From the NCBI GenBank assembly GCA_977018835.1, contig OZ361258.1:558001-622000 (forward strand): 64,000 nucleotides of DNA, in the 5' to 3' direction. Origin of the DNA: Minutocellus sp. GHC0000111 (lineage: Eukaryota). Both the position numbers and the translations under genes were made by a program. How positions within the stretch are numbered: position 1 is the stretch's first letter; each line of letters opens with the position of its first letter. The notes beneath the pieces were generated by a model. The model worked only from the letters and a program-made list of their open reading frames with translations, was not told where the DNA came from and did no database searches. Below, one piece after another: positions 49,465 through 61,217 of this stretch.

Positions 49465-52400
49465 ATGGAACCGCCGGAACATCCGGAGCAATCAGCAGCA
49501 GAAGCAGGTCGTGGCTCGGAGTATCTTCTTCCCCCCTCCCACCCAAATCCGTCCATCTCCTTCACCCGTGATCTACTCGAGCTTCATCACCACCTTCTAA
49601 CGACCGTTCGTTGCTATCGGCTGGCATTTTATACCGTCGCCGTTGGCATAGTTTCGCTGATCGTTCTCCTCCTTGGTCTGTATCTGTACCCAACTGGCAC
49701 TGCTGGTCGGAGGCGTCGTCAAAACGACAGTCCAAACAGCAGCAGCAGCGCTTCCACGATGATGATGGACGACGGCGACGACGACGACGAACGGGAGGCC
49801 AAGCGTCGGCGGGCCCTGCGGCGGTTCGATCATTGTCCCAGCGGCGACAACAAAAGCAACGAGAGCACTGACGGCGGTACGTCCAACAACAACAAGAGAC
49901 AAAAGATATCGTCGGACCAAATCAACGACAACATCAACAACGCCGATGGAGAGGGCGAGAAGCAGCTGCATTCCTCGTCTACAAGTAGTTTTAGCGTGGA
50001 AGCCAACGGCATTCTTAGTGCAATTCTCAACAGCAACAACAACAACACTGCAGCTGCAGCTGCAGCTGCAAACGGAGACAACGCTAACGAGGGCGCAGCC
50101 ATTGGCAATGACACACGCAACGAGCAGCATCCAGCCACCAGCACAACAAGCACCGGCACAGCACTGGACGATACTACGAGGAGTGGGGATCCGACGAGTA
50201 GTACGAGAGATGCAAGTGCACACCACGCAGGTGGCCCGGATGGCGTGCTTTCTGCGGTGGCAGCAAATGGGATCGAGAAAATGCCGGAGGAGGAGATGAC
50301 CATAAGTGCGCCGACATGGGTACTAGTATAAAGGAGAAAGAGGAGGGGGAGAGGGCCAACAAAAGCCCTGTTGAGGCTGTGTCGATGCCAAGCAGTCCTA
50401 CCCGCAGCGCGGGCAGTGGCAAAGAAGCAGATCATACTAGTACGTGTCAAACGAACGATGGGATTAGCAGTGCCGGTGGTGATACATGTAAGGCGCCCAG
50501 CGCACTCACCGCCAAGGATATCGTCAACAACAGTACATGTAGTCGAAAATCTTCGGTGGAGGTCAAGGTCAAGGTCAAGGCCTCACCCTTTACTGCAGTG
50601 AGTAATACGAAGAAGACCGATGACCCGAAGAAGGAGGAGAAGGAGAAGATGGAGGAGACACAGAGCAATGGACAGTCGAGCAATGATGCATCTGCTCGCC
50701 TCGCACACGGGCAGGGGCAGGGGCAGGAATCTCAATCCCAGTCCAGGAAGACTTCTTCGAAAACATCGCGGCCTGCCCCTCCGCCGGTCCAGATCTTGTG
50801 TGAGACGCTATCAATCGTGTGCAATGTCGACGTTACCGTGAAGCCTGGCGGCGATGGATTTTTGGGAGGGAATGGCTGGACGAAGAAGAAATTCGGCCGC
50901 TCTCGCACCTTGGCGTCTGCAACAGCGCCATCCACTGGTTCCAGCACCATCGTTCTCCCTCTGGTTGACATTCAAGATATGGCGGACAATGATTCCATGG
51001 AACTCCGAGGTCCCCGAGGAAAGGATTGGGCTCGGCTCGAGGCGGCACTCTCATCCATGGTGTCGTCGGATGAGCTGGGAAATCCCTTCCACATAATTAT
51101 GATGGCAGGAGGCTCTATGCCAGTGCCCGGCAGTGGCAGAAGCACTAAATGCAACCTCAAGGCTATCGCTTCATTGTATGCAAAGTGTCATGGATCATCC
51201 TTGAGGGATGCTATTGATCAAGCGTCCAGGTGTTTCGGATCGTATGACGTTGCGGCTGACGATAAGATTGCTCTCGAGCGGTGCATAATGGTTTTGGCCA
51301 AGTCCTGCGCCGGAAGCATTGCCAACGCCTTGGTGGCCGATATTGCGTCTACTAGTACTCGTACTGACGTCGACGATGACTCTGATGACGAGGAAGATTT
51401 ATTCTCGGACGATTATAAAGAAGTGGACAATGCAAACGCCAACATGTATCAGCCTGTCTCATCAAATTCAGTTACAGGTCAGTGCTTGGCCCTGTGCAGC
51501 GGAAACGACCTTACGATGTCCAAACGTCTTTTGGGAGATGTTCTTTCAGAGTCGCCCAATCCGTCTCACCTGGCATTGGGTCTGGTTAAGAGTGCTGTGC
51601 GCGGTCCTGGTTTGAGGCCTGCCCAAGGTAGCTGCGCTACTAGTGCGTCGTCGAATAATACCTCCAAAAGCCTCGCGGCGATATCTCATCTGTTTCGCAA
51701 CTCTACTGACATTTGCGCCGCTATTGTCTCAAAGATGAAGTCCGACACTGCTTGGAAGCAGCCTTTATCTGGATCAGAGTTGGAGGAGTCAAGCCTCCTT
51801 CGACACGTAATCATGCTTGGTGGCATGACGCTACCCTGCGCTGGTTTTGAAGGAGGAGTCCTTGCTGCCTGCCAAGATATGCGTTTTTACGAATCTTTGA
51901 AATCCGTCGATACTTTCCCTCTTGGTGCCTTTGACCCAAGTTCTGGTTTTAGGTTGGACGCTGCTATTCTGAAGGTGATGGAGGAGGAGAGGATTGAAAT
52001 GAAACTCGCCAGGAGCACGTCAGCCATCGTGTTGGAGAACTGTATGCGGCGCGGAGGGAAGCCTCACGTCCTTCGCTGGATGGGCCGGCTGATTGAATCA
52101 AAGTACGTTGACGGCCAGTATTGAGTCATTGTGCCTGCCCTTGCGCTTGTGTCTACCTTCGTACGTAGCTCTAGGTACTTGCCAGTGCTAACTCTGATTT
52201 CCTCCCTTTCTTCGTTCCTTTGTTACTGATATCTGCTTTGTTTAGCGAACCGCACGCGAATTTTCTCGGAGATCAACTATTCGATCCAAACGATGAAGCT
52301 CACGAGAAGTTGTCCTCGCGATCCTTCCTTCTTGGTATTTCTTCGGCTCTATTGAAGATGAGCTGTGGGAATCTCGTCCAAGCATACGATAGAAAACCTT

Positions 52401-55400
52401 CCTCATTTGAACCGCGATATCTTGTCTCCAGTATCTCTGCATTTGATCTTTCTTCTAAAGAAGCCTACCTAATGGATCGTGGAGACGCCCCGCTCATTCC
52501 TCAAGTTTTAAAGGCTGTTTCCGGCGCCACCGAGCTATTCTTCATCACCTCAGCCCTCCTTCGAGTCAGCCTCTTCCCGGCTCTTCGAATCCAAAAAGAA
52601 TACAGCCATCGCTTTCGGCACGTATTTGATCGCTTGACGACGACCGCCAGAGAGCATGGCATTCGAACTAAGGTCCCAGATAACTTGTCCCGGTACGCTG
52701 GTGGTTTTCTCGGCCTCGAGGCCCTTTTGGACGATCGTGAGCTCATTTCTGAGGCAGTATCCTTCTGCACCCTTCAGTTGCGCTTTGTCTCGGACCTTGT
52801 AGACAGAAAAGATGCTGCGAAGGTCTTTACAATGCTACCGGAATACATTGCAAAGCTTCCTGCTCACTTTATCGCACACGCCGCCCTACGCCACCAGACG
52901 TCGATTTCACCACTGCAAGGAGAACAAGTAATCGCTTCTGCAACCAAACTTCTTGGTGCAGGCTTCGGCCTCTCCACTACAGTACAGATTGATTTGATTT
53001 CCATCTGTTCAGCTTTTGTCAAATCGGGGATCCAAAGAGCCATTGCTAGGAAGAAGCGAGGAGGGAGGCGAACGCGCGGCAGTAATTCTGCTGCATCCGA
53101 TGAAGGAGTGATCGATCGACGGGAGCTTGATATCTATACAAGCCTCGACAGAAATGATCATGGGGTGACCGTTTTCACATCCACTTTCGTGGCAAATAAG
53201 CTCGGCCCAGCCCTCATCAAGTCGTTTGTTGCTCTGAATCTGGCCACGTTCGATGCCGAAAAAGAAAACAGCAACAAGAACCAAGCGCAAAGTGATATTG
53301 CAGATCTCATTTTGAGGCTGTGGGCTCACCCGAGCGGTGATTGTCGACGTTCCATCACCGCCCTCTGCGAAGAGGACTTATCTGACTTCTTGCGTTCAGT
53401 CTGTGCAACGATTGGTATTGAGATGGATTGCGTCTTTCAATCGCTTTTTGACATCACTGACATTATTCGCCAAAAGCCTCGAAACTCCAGTTTGGGATAC
53501 AATGAAAAAAGGACGATGGACTCTCGGGCATCATTTCTGGCGTCCTTCCTCGGCCAATCGCGTAGGTTCCTGATGCTTCTTGCATGCCTTTCAGAGGATG
53601 ATCGCATTGCCTCGATCATCGGCGGCGGCAGCTCAACCGTGTCGAAGGATGTGGCAGCCCTTGTCGTTTCGATCTTTGACAAACTAACGAGCGCAAATGG
53701 AACTACCAATAGCACAATTGATTTCCGCGAATTTCATCTCTCGTCCTTTGGCAACTCTCAAAGAGGGATGACAATGGCACATCCGGCTGAGGAGATTTTA
53801 TATGCTCGGCTTTTTGTCAGGAACGAGTTTGGCTTAGATGTGTCCATGCTGTGTCATTTGCTGCTTGGCCTTTGTTCTCGCTGGCACTCTGCATCGATGA
53901 AACTTGGCCAGGGAGATGGACTTGCTAATTTCATTGTATCCAATGATGATTTTGACCCATCCCATTGGAATAACATATTTCAGAGATTCGTGGCAACGCA
54001 TCAAGATCTTGATGAAGTACAAAATGCTCAGGATCTAAAGTTCATCGAAAAGACGGACGGTCACGTCGCTCCGTGGATGTGGAAGGATAAATATGAAGCT
54101 CCCCATAATATTGGGCTGGACGAATCGAAGCGCTCTCGAGAGTACTCGTCTCAGCAAGATCAATTCACCCACGCTCAAATCGACCAACAGGTTACCAACA
54201 TTAGTGGAATCGGCACTTTCGTACTTGACCTTCAGCAAAGACATCAAACCAAGAAAACTTCTCACACCAGCACTGACACCGAAGCATTTGAGCGGACTAT
54301 TCTCGGAGATAGCGGTAGCTTTGGAGATGAAGACTACACCAACTACATGAAGGATTGGCTTGTAAGCTCGGATAGCTTCACTAGTGGATCGTTGGGTGCA
54401 CTTGATCACTTTTATGCTTCAAATGTTCAAGCAGCATCCAATCCATCCCTAGGGAAACGCCTGATCAAGGACGCCAAACGTGTGTGGAAAGACCTTCCTC
54501 GTCCTCATCCCGCGGCATCCATCTTTACATGCTACTCTGAAGAGCGGATGGATATTGCAAGATCTATCATCGTCGGGGCTGAGGGTACGCCACATGCTCT
54601 CGGAATCTTTGTTTTTGATATTTTCTATCCACAAACCTACCCGAGTACTGCCCCTCTCATTCATTTCACGACGACTGGCGGCGGAACCGTGCGCTTTCAC
54701 CCGAACCTCTACAACGATGGAAAGGTTTGCCTCAGCTTGCTGGGAACGACAAGTGCTGGTGACACATCGCAGCGTGCTCACAGCTCCTTGGCCCAGGTGC
54801 TTTTATCTATTCAAAGCCAGATTCTGAGTGTTGCCGAGCCTTTCTTCTCCGAGGGAGGTGGACACGGCGGGATGAGAAATACTCGGGCTGGAATGGAAGG
54901 GTCCGCTCGGTACAATGCTTCTCTCCGTCTGGCGACCCTTCGTTATGCCATCATTGCTCCGCTCAAGTCGCCTCCACGCGGATTTGAAGATGTCGTGCAT
55001 CGGCACTTTGCAATGTGTCGCAAACGCCTCATCCTCCAAGCAAAAATATGGACATTGGAGGCACGCGGTACTGAGCTCTACAGTAGATACCTGCGTGCCT
55101 ATTCGGAGTTGTCTTCACTCCTGGCCGACACGTCTCTCAAACTTCGATCAGCTTGGGAGATGAACAATGATGAAAGTGAAAGAAAGGAGATTGGTGCGAT
55201 CTCTCTACTTCGATCTGATCTTGAAAGGCTCGCTGAGCTGGATCTCAAAATTCATAGCGACTTCCAGTCTTTGCTTGGAAAATCAGCGAGTCAAGGTGGT
55301 AGTGGAGGTCCCCAGGATAGAAGAAAAGGCATCATGAGTGGTTACGGTATTCATCGTGGCAATAGTCCAATTCATGCTGCTGCTGCGGATGACGATGATC

Positions 55401-55465
55401 TTGAGGCGATCAATGATGCTCTCCTCGCGGAAGCTTTGGCTCTTAGCCTCGCTGGCCAGAACTGA
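49465..55465 (+). CDS. Ufd2/UBE4 core-like + BIRC6/UBE2O-type UBC (E2) fusion with N-terminal TM; intron 52103-52245, frameshift ~50309
   Basis: C-terminal E2 motifs (EERMDIARSIIVG.EGTP..GIFVFDI.YP.TYP..TTGGGTVRFHPNLYNDGKVCLSLLGT). The middle region (ATELFFIT, FTMLPEY) resembles the Ufd2P core. The intron joins ORFs 50316-52124 and 52220-55465 in frame. Confidence 0.7.
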
Positions 55466-55689
55466 GTGGCTTTGAACTCGATACTGCTTGACTAGGGTGC
55501 TGCTCGATGTGATCTTGCGCAATTCGCCTGAAGTTGACTTGCAGTACAAATCTCTACCGGTACGACGTAGCTTTAGCATTGTAGCAGCACGAATATAAGC
55601 ATATTTCGAGGTACAAGACACTTTCTTTTATACCGAGCAAAGCCTCGCTACGTCGAACTCTAGCTAGTCTAGTCTATCAAAAGGAAATG

Positions 55690-57304
55690 TCATGTTATGC
55701 TTACTTGGTCCGTCGTCAGAGATTTGTCAACGGTACATGTTGGCAGCTCCATCTCTACAACATCAAGTCTCCCGACAACATCATTGGAACCATCCACTGA
55801 CGATCCATCAGCAACCCGGCGATATGCTCGTTCTTGTCGATCCGTGAAGAGAAATAATCCAAGGCCGATAGCAACAATCGAGGCGTAGGTCCTGTACAAA
55901 ATCTTTGGCCCGTAAGCATCATCGACCCACCCGCCCAGCGATAGACCAACAATTGAGCCAATTCCGCGAAGACCTGACAGCAAACCTTGCGCCGTTGACT
56001 CGTATCCCTTGGGAGCGAGACGGGCCATATAATCGACACTGCTCGTCGCGGCGCAGCCATATGTGATGCCGTGAAGAGGTTCCAAAAGCAGGACAAACGC
56101 CATGGCTCCCTCCGGAATCAATGTGTACCCAATGACCCGGATCATGTAGGCAACGGCGGCTGCCTGTTGAAGCCGTCCTGGTCCAAAATTTTCCAGCAAA
56201 GATGGCGCAAAATGAAAGACTGGAATCTCAAAAATCACTGTGACCACAACGGACAAGCCCATCACGGTGAAACTTCCTCCGAGCTCCTCAAAAAACAAGA
56301 AGATCAGAGACTCAACGATGCTCATGCCCATGGCAAGGGTGAGCATGGAGGCGATGAATCCCATGCCATAGATTGTGCCGCACACTAGGGCCAGCATCTG
56401 AAGCAGAGACATTGATTGATGGCTGTGCCGCACCTGGGTTTCGTCAACATCGTGGTCAACATCATCATCATCATCTCGAAACTCATCGGCAGAATCTGAA
56501 TCATCTTGAGCAACAGCCTCACCAAGCCTGGCCGCACCCCCTGGACGTCCGACGAATGCAACGATGGAGGCCATATACAGACAATACCCAACTGGAGCAA
56601 ACAGGAAGGGGAGGATGTGGAAGCCCCACACATCGATGGCGCACCCCACACTGGTGACAGCCCAGCTCACGGCACCAAACAACCTTTCCCTGCCATATTG
56701 GGTCTGTGGACAACCCTCGTCGTCCAGAAACGCCAGAGTTATTCCGTTCAACACGGGATAAACAAAGCTATTGCCAGCTGCAAACATCAAACGGAGGAAG
56801 ATGTGCAACGTCGTCGTTGTGTTGGGGGAGCACGAGAGCCGATCCTCATCGCAGGCATATGCCACAACCCCATGTAGAATGAATGCCGCCGTCCCCACTG
56901 TCACGCCCAAGGTCATAACCAGTCCTCTTCCTCGATGTCGGTGATTGGGGAATCGTTTCGACTCCAATGAATCGGCCAGCGTTCCAGCCACCGGTCCCAA
57001 CAGAGCGTCAATGCCGACTTTAGCGGCGAGGGTAAGACCATTGACGGTGTCAGAGAAATAGGCTACATCCTCCAGGAAGGGGGCAGTGAAACGGCCCCCC
57101 GTAGTGACAAAATAGATAAAGACCGCGGCATGAAGGCATCTGGGACGGCGCAGGTAGGTTTGAAGGCAATTCAATCATCGGCAGGGGGTCAATTGCTGGG
57201 ATGGCTTGGATTGATTCGTCTTGATTTGATGCTGGATGGCTGTGCAGCTCCGCGGTTTCTTCCAACCGGGCCGACCTCACCGGCCGATCTTCGAATCTGC
57301 TCAT
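55690..57304 (-). CDS. MFS_1-like (MFSD6-type) transporter; frameshift at ~57174
   Basis: About 12 TM helices; YGRERLFGAVSW, EIPVF, LLEPLHGITY. The ATG at 57304 is out of frame with the body. Confidence 0.8.
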
Positions 57305-57383
57305 TTTTGCATTTATTTGAATTTGCCTCGGCTCGCGCCGCGCCCCCTGCCTCGCTAATTCCATCAGCATTCCATGCTCCGCG

Positions 57384-59027
57384 ATGGCGTCCTCGGCAAG
57401 GGGCGAAGGTCCAGCCGCAGCAGACGCCAGTGATTCCACACCCCTCCGAGCCGCTGGTCAGCCTGTGCAGCTGGAGCGCCAGGGGCGGACTCCTCTGGTT
57501 TTGCATGATCTCATCACAGAAGGCGATGACTATGACTACGAGTGCACCCGCCGACACATGTGGTCTGTCTTCTGCAAGGGCTTTGTCCATTTTGTGCTGG
57601 TGCTCATTGCAGCCTTGGCACTTACATGGCTCGCCGCCAATAAGAATGGTCCAGTAACGACAGCTATGTGGTTCGTCGCGGGCATATATCTCGGAGCGGC
57701 CGTTGTGCGTCCTGTACTAACTTCATTGTCGATGTCGTCGAGCGCAAAAGAAGGACAATCTACTAAATTTACGGAACATGGTGGCATATTGGCATGGAGA
57801 CGCTTCTCTCGGCCGTCATCGGACAGCTTCAACGAGGCCATTTTGGTCACCGGGGATGGTAGTGCAGGCGGCAAACACAAAACCAAGAAGGGCAGTTGGA
57901 TCCGATCAATACTCAAAACAATAGACAAGGCGAAGGAGTCATCGTCATCGGCTGTGTCGTCGACCTTTGCCTCGACCGACAGCTGGTTCTCCGATCGATT
58001 TCAAAAGATGCGATATACAACTCTTGCACATGCAAGGGGACGGCATAAGGCTCACTGGGAGCGGCATGTTTCGGATGCACCGTCGGAAGCCATGCAGGAG
58101 CGATTGTTAAAAAACCGCGATTTCCGAACAAGGCCCAGTCAGTATCCATTGCAGCACCAAGGAGGTGATGAATCCACTTGTACCAGTATGATGGAAGAGG
58201 GCGCACTGCTACCGGTACCATCGGCAACAGAGAATGGCCAAAATAGCAAATTTGGCACGTTCGATGCAACTGCAATGTATGCGAGCGTTATGCACAAGAC
58301 AGTGCGCCAGAGAGAGATTGATCCAATTTTCAGATTGAGAGGAATGGACATTTTCAGAAGTGTGGGACTGCCGGAGGAAAGGATATTCCGACAACCGATC
58401 CTCGAGAAGGGAGGTTTGCGCGAAGTGCCTACGTTTGTTATAAATGCAATGCTACCGTTGTGCAATCTGGTAGTATACTTCGAGATGCCGGAGTGGGTGA
58501 AGCGCTTTGATAATATACCAGACGAAACGGAAAACGATCCGCCAGATATGAAAGCTCTCAAAAGATTCCTCCGGGGCGATGACAGCTATCGCCGTCCGAG
58601 GTTCAAGGTGTTGGCATCGGTGATTGACGGACCTTGGGTGGTGCGTAGTCTTTCGCCGCAAAAGGGAGAGATTGTCTTTGACTTCAATGATTGGCTTAAA
58701 CTATCGTGGCACAAAGAAGATGAGTGTATCGATCCAGTTACAGGCAAAAAGAGAGCGGCGATGTTGTCTGTAGATATTGACAGCATGGGAGATTCCGTCG
58801 CGAGGAAGGTCCTCTCCTTGGTTCAAGGGTCTATCCAAAAGATGAAGTTGGACTGTGCTGTAATCATCTCGAAACCCACGCAATCGAAAGTGGAAGAACC
58901 ATCTGCATGTATCGGTCTTTGGAGAATGGACCGAATTGACATGCATCAAACAAGCCTGCTGCCTGAAAAGGACGAGAGGCTGTTGTTGAAGGAGGCAAGC
59001 GCAAAGTTGAAGGTGGAGCTCCAGTGA
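57384..59027 (+). CDS. Two-TM protein with EDR2 C-terminal (DUF1336)-like domain
   Basis: FVINAMLP..NLVVYF, RFLRGDDSYR..RFKVLASVIDGPWVVR, VDIDS..SVARKVLSLV. Confidence 0.75.
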   Translation: MASSARGEGPAAADASDSTPLRAAGQPVQLERQGRTPLVLHDLITEGDDYDYECTRRHMWSVFCKGFVHFVLVLIAALALTWLAANKNGPVTTAMWFVAGIYLGAAVVRPVLTSLSMSSSAKEGQSTKFTEHGGILAWRRFSRPSSDSFNEAILVTGDGSAGGKHKTKKGSWIRSILKTIDKAKESSSSAVSSTFASTDSWFSDRFQKMRYTTLAHARGRHKAHWERHVSDAPSEAMQERLLKNRDFRTRPSQYPLQHQGGDESTCTSMMEEGALLPVPSATENGQNSKFGTFDATAMYASVMHKTVRQREIDPIFRLRGMDIFRSVGLPEERIFRQPILEKGGLREVPTFVINAMLPLCNLVVYFEMPEWVKRFDNIPDETENDPPDMKALKRFLRGDDSYRRPRFKVLASVIDGPWVVRSLSPQKGEIVFDFNDWLKLSWHKEDECIDPVTGKKRAAMLSVDIDSMGDSVARKVLSLVQGSIQKMKLDCAVIISKPTQSKVEEPSACIGLWRMDRIDMHQTSLLPEKDERLLLKEASAKLKVELQ

Positions 59028-59214
59028 TGGAAGATTCCGGTATGAGTAGTGTTTAAAAGAGATATTGAATGGCGAGGTTCCACAATCCCTTCCGTTTCTT
59101 TTGCCATAGATCTATACATGTATTTGACTTGAATTGTCTCTCTTTCCAGATCTGGTGATGTCAAAAAGAATTATAGGAATTCCTAATGACACAATAGAAA
59201 GTATCTACTTTTGT

Positions 59215-59940
59215 AGAGCAGACTGCGGACATTGCCATCGATGGTGAGCGCTTCATGTCCTTCTGCGAGAGGTTCAAGTATCTTGGGAGCTGGATCACAT
59301 ACGATCTGAGCGACGATTTCGATGTGAATTGCCGTATCAACGCCGCTCGACAGCAGTTCTACGCATGGCGACTTGGTATATTCCAGAATCGAGACATGCC
59401 GCTAGAGATTCGCATCAAGTTCTACAAGGCGGTCATTGTCAACACGCTTCTATGGGGCTGTGAGACTTGGGGCATGACGGCGAGGCATAGACGCCAGCTT
59501 GAGAGCTTCCATCACACCTGTCTTCGATCTATCCTTCGCATTTCGAGAATGCAGAGGATCCGCAACTCGGAGATTCGGGAGAGGGCTAACATCTCGACCA
59601 TGCGCGACATGTACGAGCTTCGTCGAGCGCGATATCTTCACAAGATAGCCCGAATGAATGCTCATTGGTGTGCTGGTAAGCATAGAACGTGCGAGCACTC
59701 TTGGCATCATGGGCCAAGCCTTCGGGCGACCCCACGGTCAGATCAACCCACTCAAATCGAGCACGGGGACGGCCTTGCCAAACGCTACGACATGGCTACC
59801 GGAATACTCTTCGCTTCTTTGGGTTCGACGACGTTGGGTCCGTGGATTTACAGACCTGGATGGTGGAAGCCCGAGATGTTGATCGATGGGGAGCAAGGTG
59901 GAGGACAAGTTGGGCCTCCAACCAGGTTCTTTCAAGTCAC
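59215..59940 (+). mobile_element. 5'-truncated non-LTR retrotransposon (RTE-like) fragment
   Basis: FKYLGSWI..RINAARQQF..KFYKAVIVNTLLWGCETW..LESFHHTCLRSIL, matching the RT thumb/C-terminal region. The 3' boundary is approximate. Confidence 0.85.
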
Positions 59941-60458
59941 TTTATCACGCGCAAAACAATTTTGGTTGATTATTTTTATTATCGGTTTCATAGGAGGTTA
60001 GACGTTCGGGTTCTTGCATTACCCTACCGCGACAACTTTACACCTCTGAGAAACTTTGGACGGGAAACTCAGGCCAACTGGAGAAACGAAACCTCAGAAT
60101 GAATTCACTTCATTTTGTTGGCCCGCTACCAATTCACTTTGGTAAATCAGTTCGTTAGCAAGCTGTAGGGCGGTATCTAGACATAGACCCTTTTGTAACA
60201 ATAGTATAGGCGAGGAATTGCTGCTGCCCAATAGAAAGTATGTATCGGACGACGGACGAACGGAAGGCAGAAAAATTCTTTTCTCTGCTCGCGATCGCAC
60301 ATCAAGTCGGAATTTTCCACCTCTGTGGCCATCTGTTCTGATCTCGCTCATCGCATCAGACTCTCAGATTCGTCAGTCGCATTGGCAAAGAACATTTCAC
60401 CAGTGCCAAGCCAAGCCGTAGCCAAAAAATTACCGAAGAATAGGAAAGTGGAGAGACA

Positions 60459-60971
60459 ATGATTGAATCGTCTAGCGTCGCTCCTCATCCTCTCACCAGG
60501 TCGACTGGTTCTGCGTCATCGGACATTCTCGGCACAAGTTCCTCGTCACTGCTGTCGGAATCTTCCACGTCGACAATGCCCACCAATCGAACAGACAGAA
60601 AGACAACCAATGTCAGGCGAGGAACAAGAGGTAAGTTTGGAAGGCCGATCGATTATCCGCATTCATTCTGCGGTTGTATACAAGAGTTTTATCGTTGCCC
60701 ACGCTCCAACTGTATCATCCATCGCTTCGCTCGCTGACCCTACTTACTTGGACTTCCATTCTTCTCCTCGCCGCTGTCGTCGACTTCTTCTTCTTCTTTA
60801 GTCACAAACCCCGTTCTTTACAGTATGATTGCAAAGAACAACATGACAGATTGCCACGAGATCCAGGATCTGTACTCGAAGTGCATGGACTCCTCACCAC
60901 AGCAATCTCGACCAATCATCTGCGAAACCGCTCACAAACTCTACGTCCAATGTCACGTCAGCGAAAAGTAG
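60459..60971 (+). CDS. Small twin CX9C (CHCH) protein (intron 60631-60801)
   Basis: The spliced product ends CHEIQDLYSKC-MDSSPQQSRPII-CETAHKLYVQC-HVSEK*. It is absent from the ORF track because exon 2 is short. Confidence 0.72.
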
Positions 60972-61217
60972 ACAGCGTCGTTGGACTCAATATTACCGTG
61001 GTCCACGGGAGGATGGGAACGTGCATCATAGAGTTTTGTTCGCTGATAGCTGTTCCTTCCAAGACCTCATAATAAATCCATGTCTGTAATAGTATGTATG
61101 TATCTCATAAAATTAATGTTTCTCATAAAAGAACAAGATTGATGTTTATTCAGCCGTAAAATCATTATAGCAGAACTACACGTAGCCCGGCGTAGAAAGA
61201 ATAGGAGCTCGCCACCA

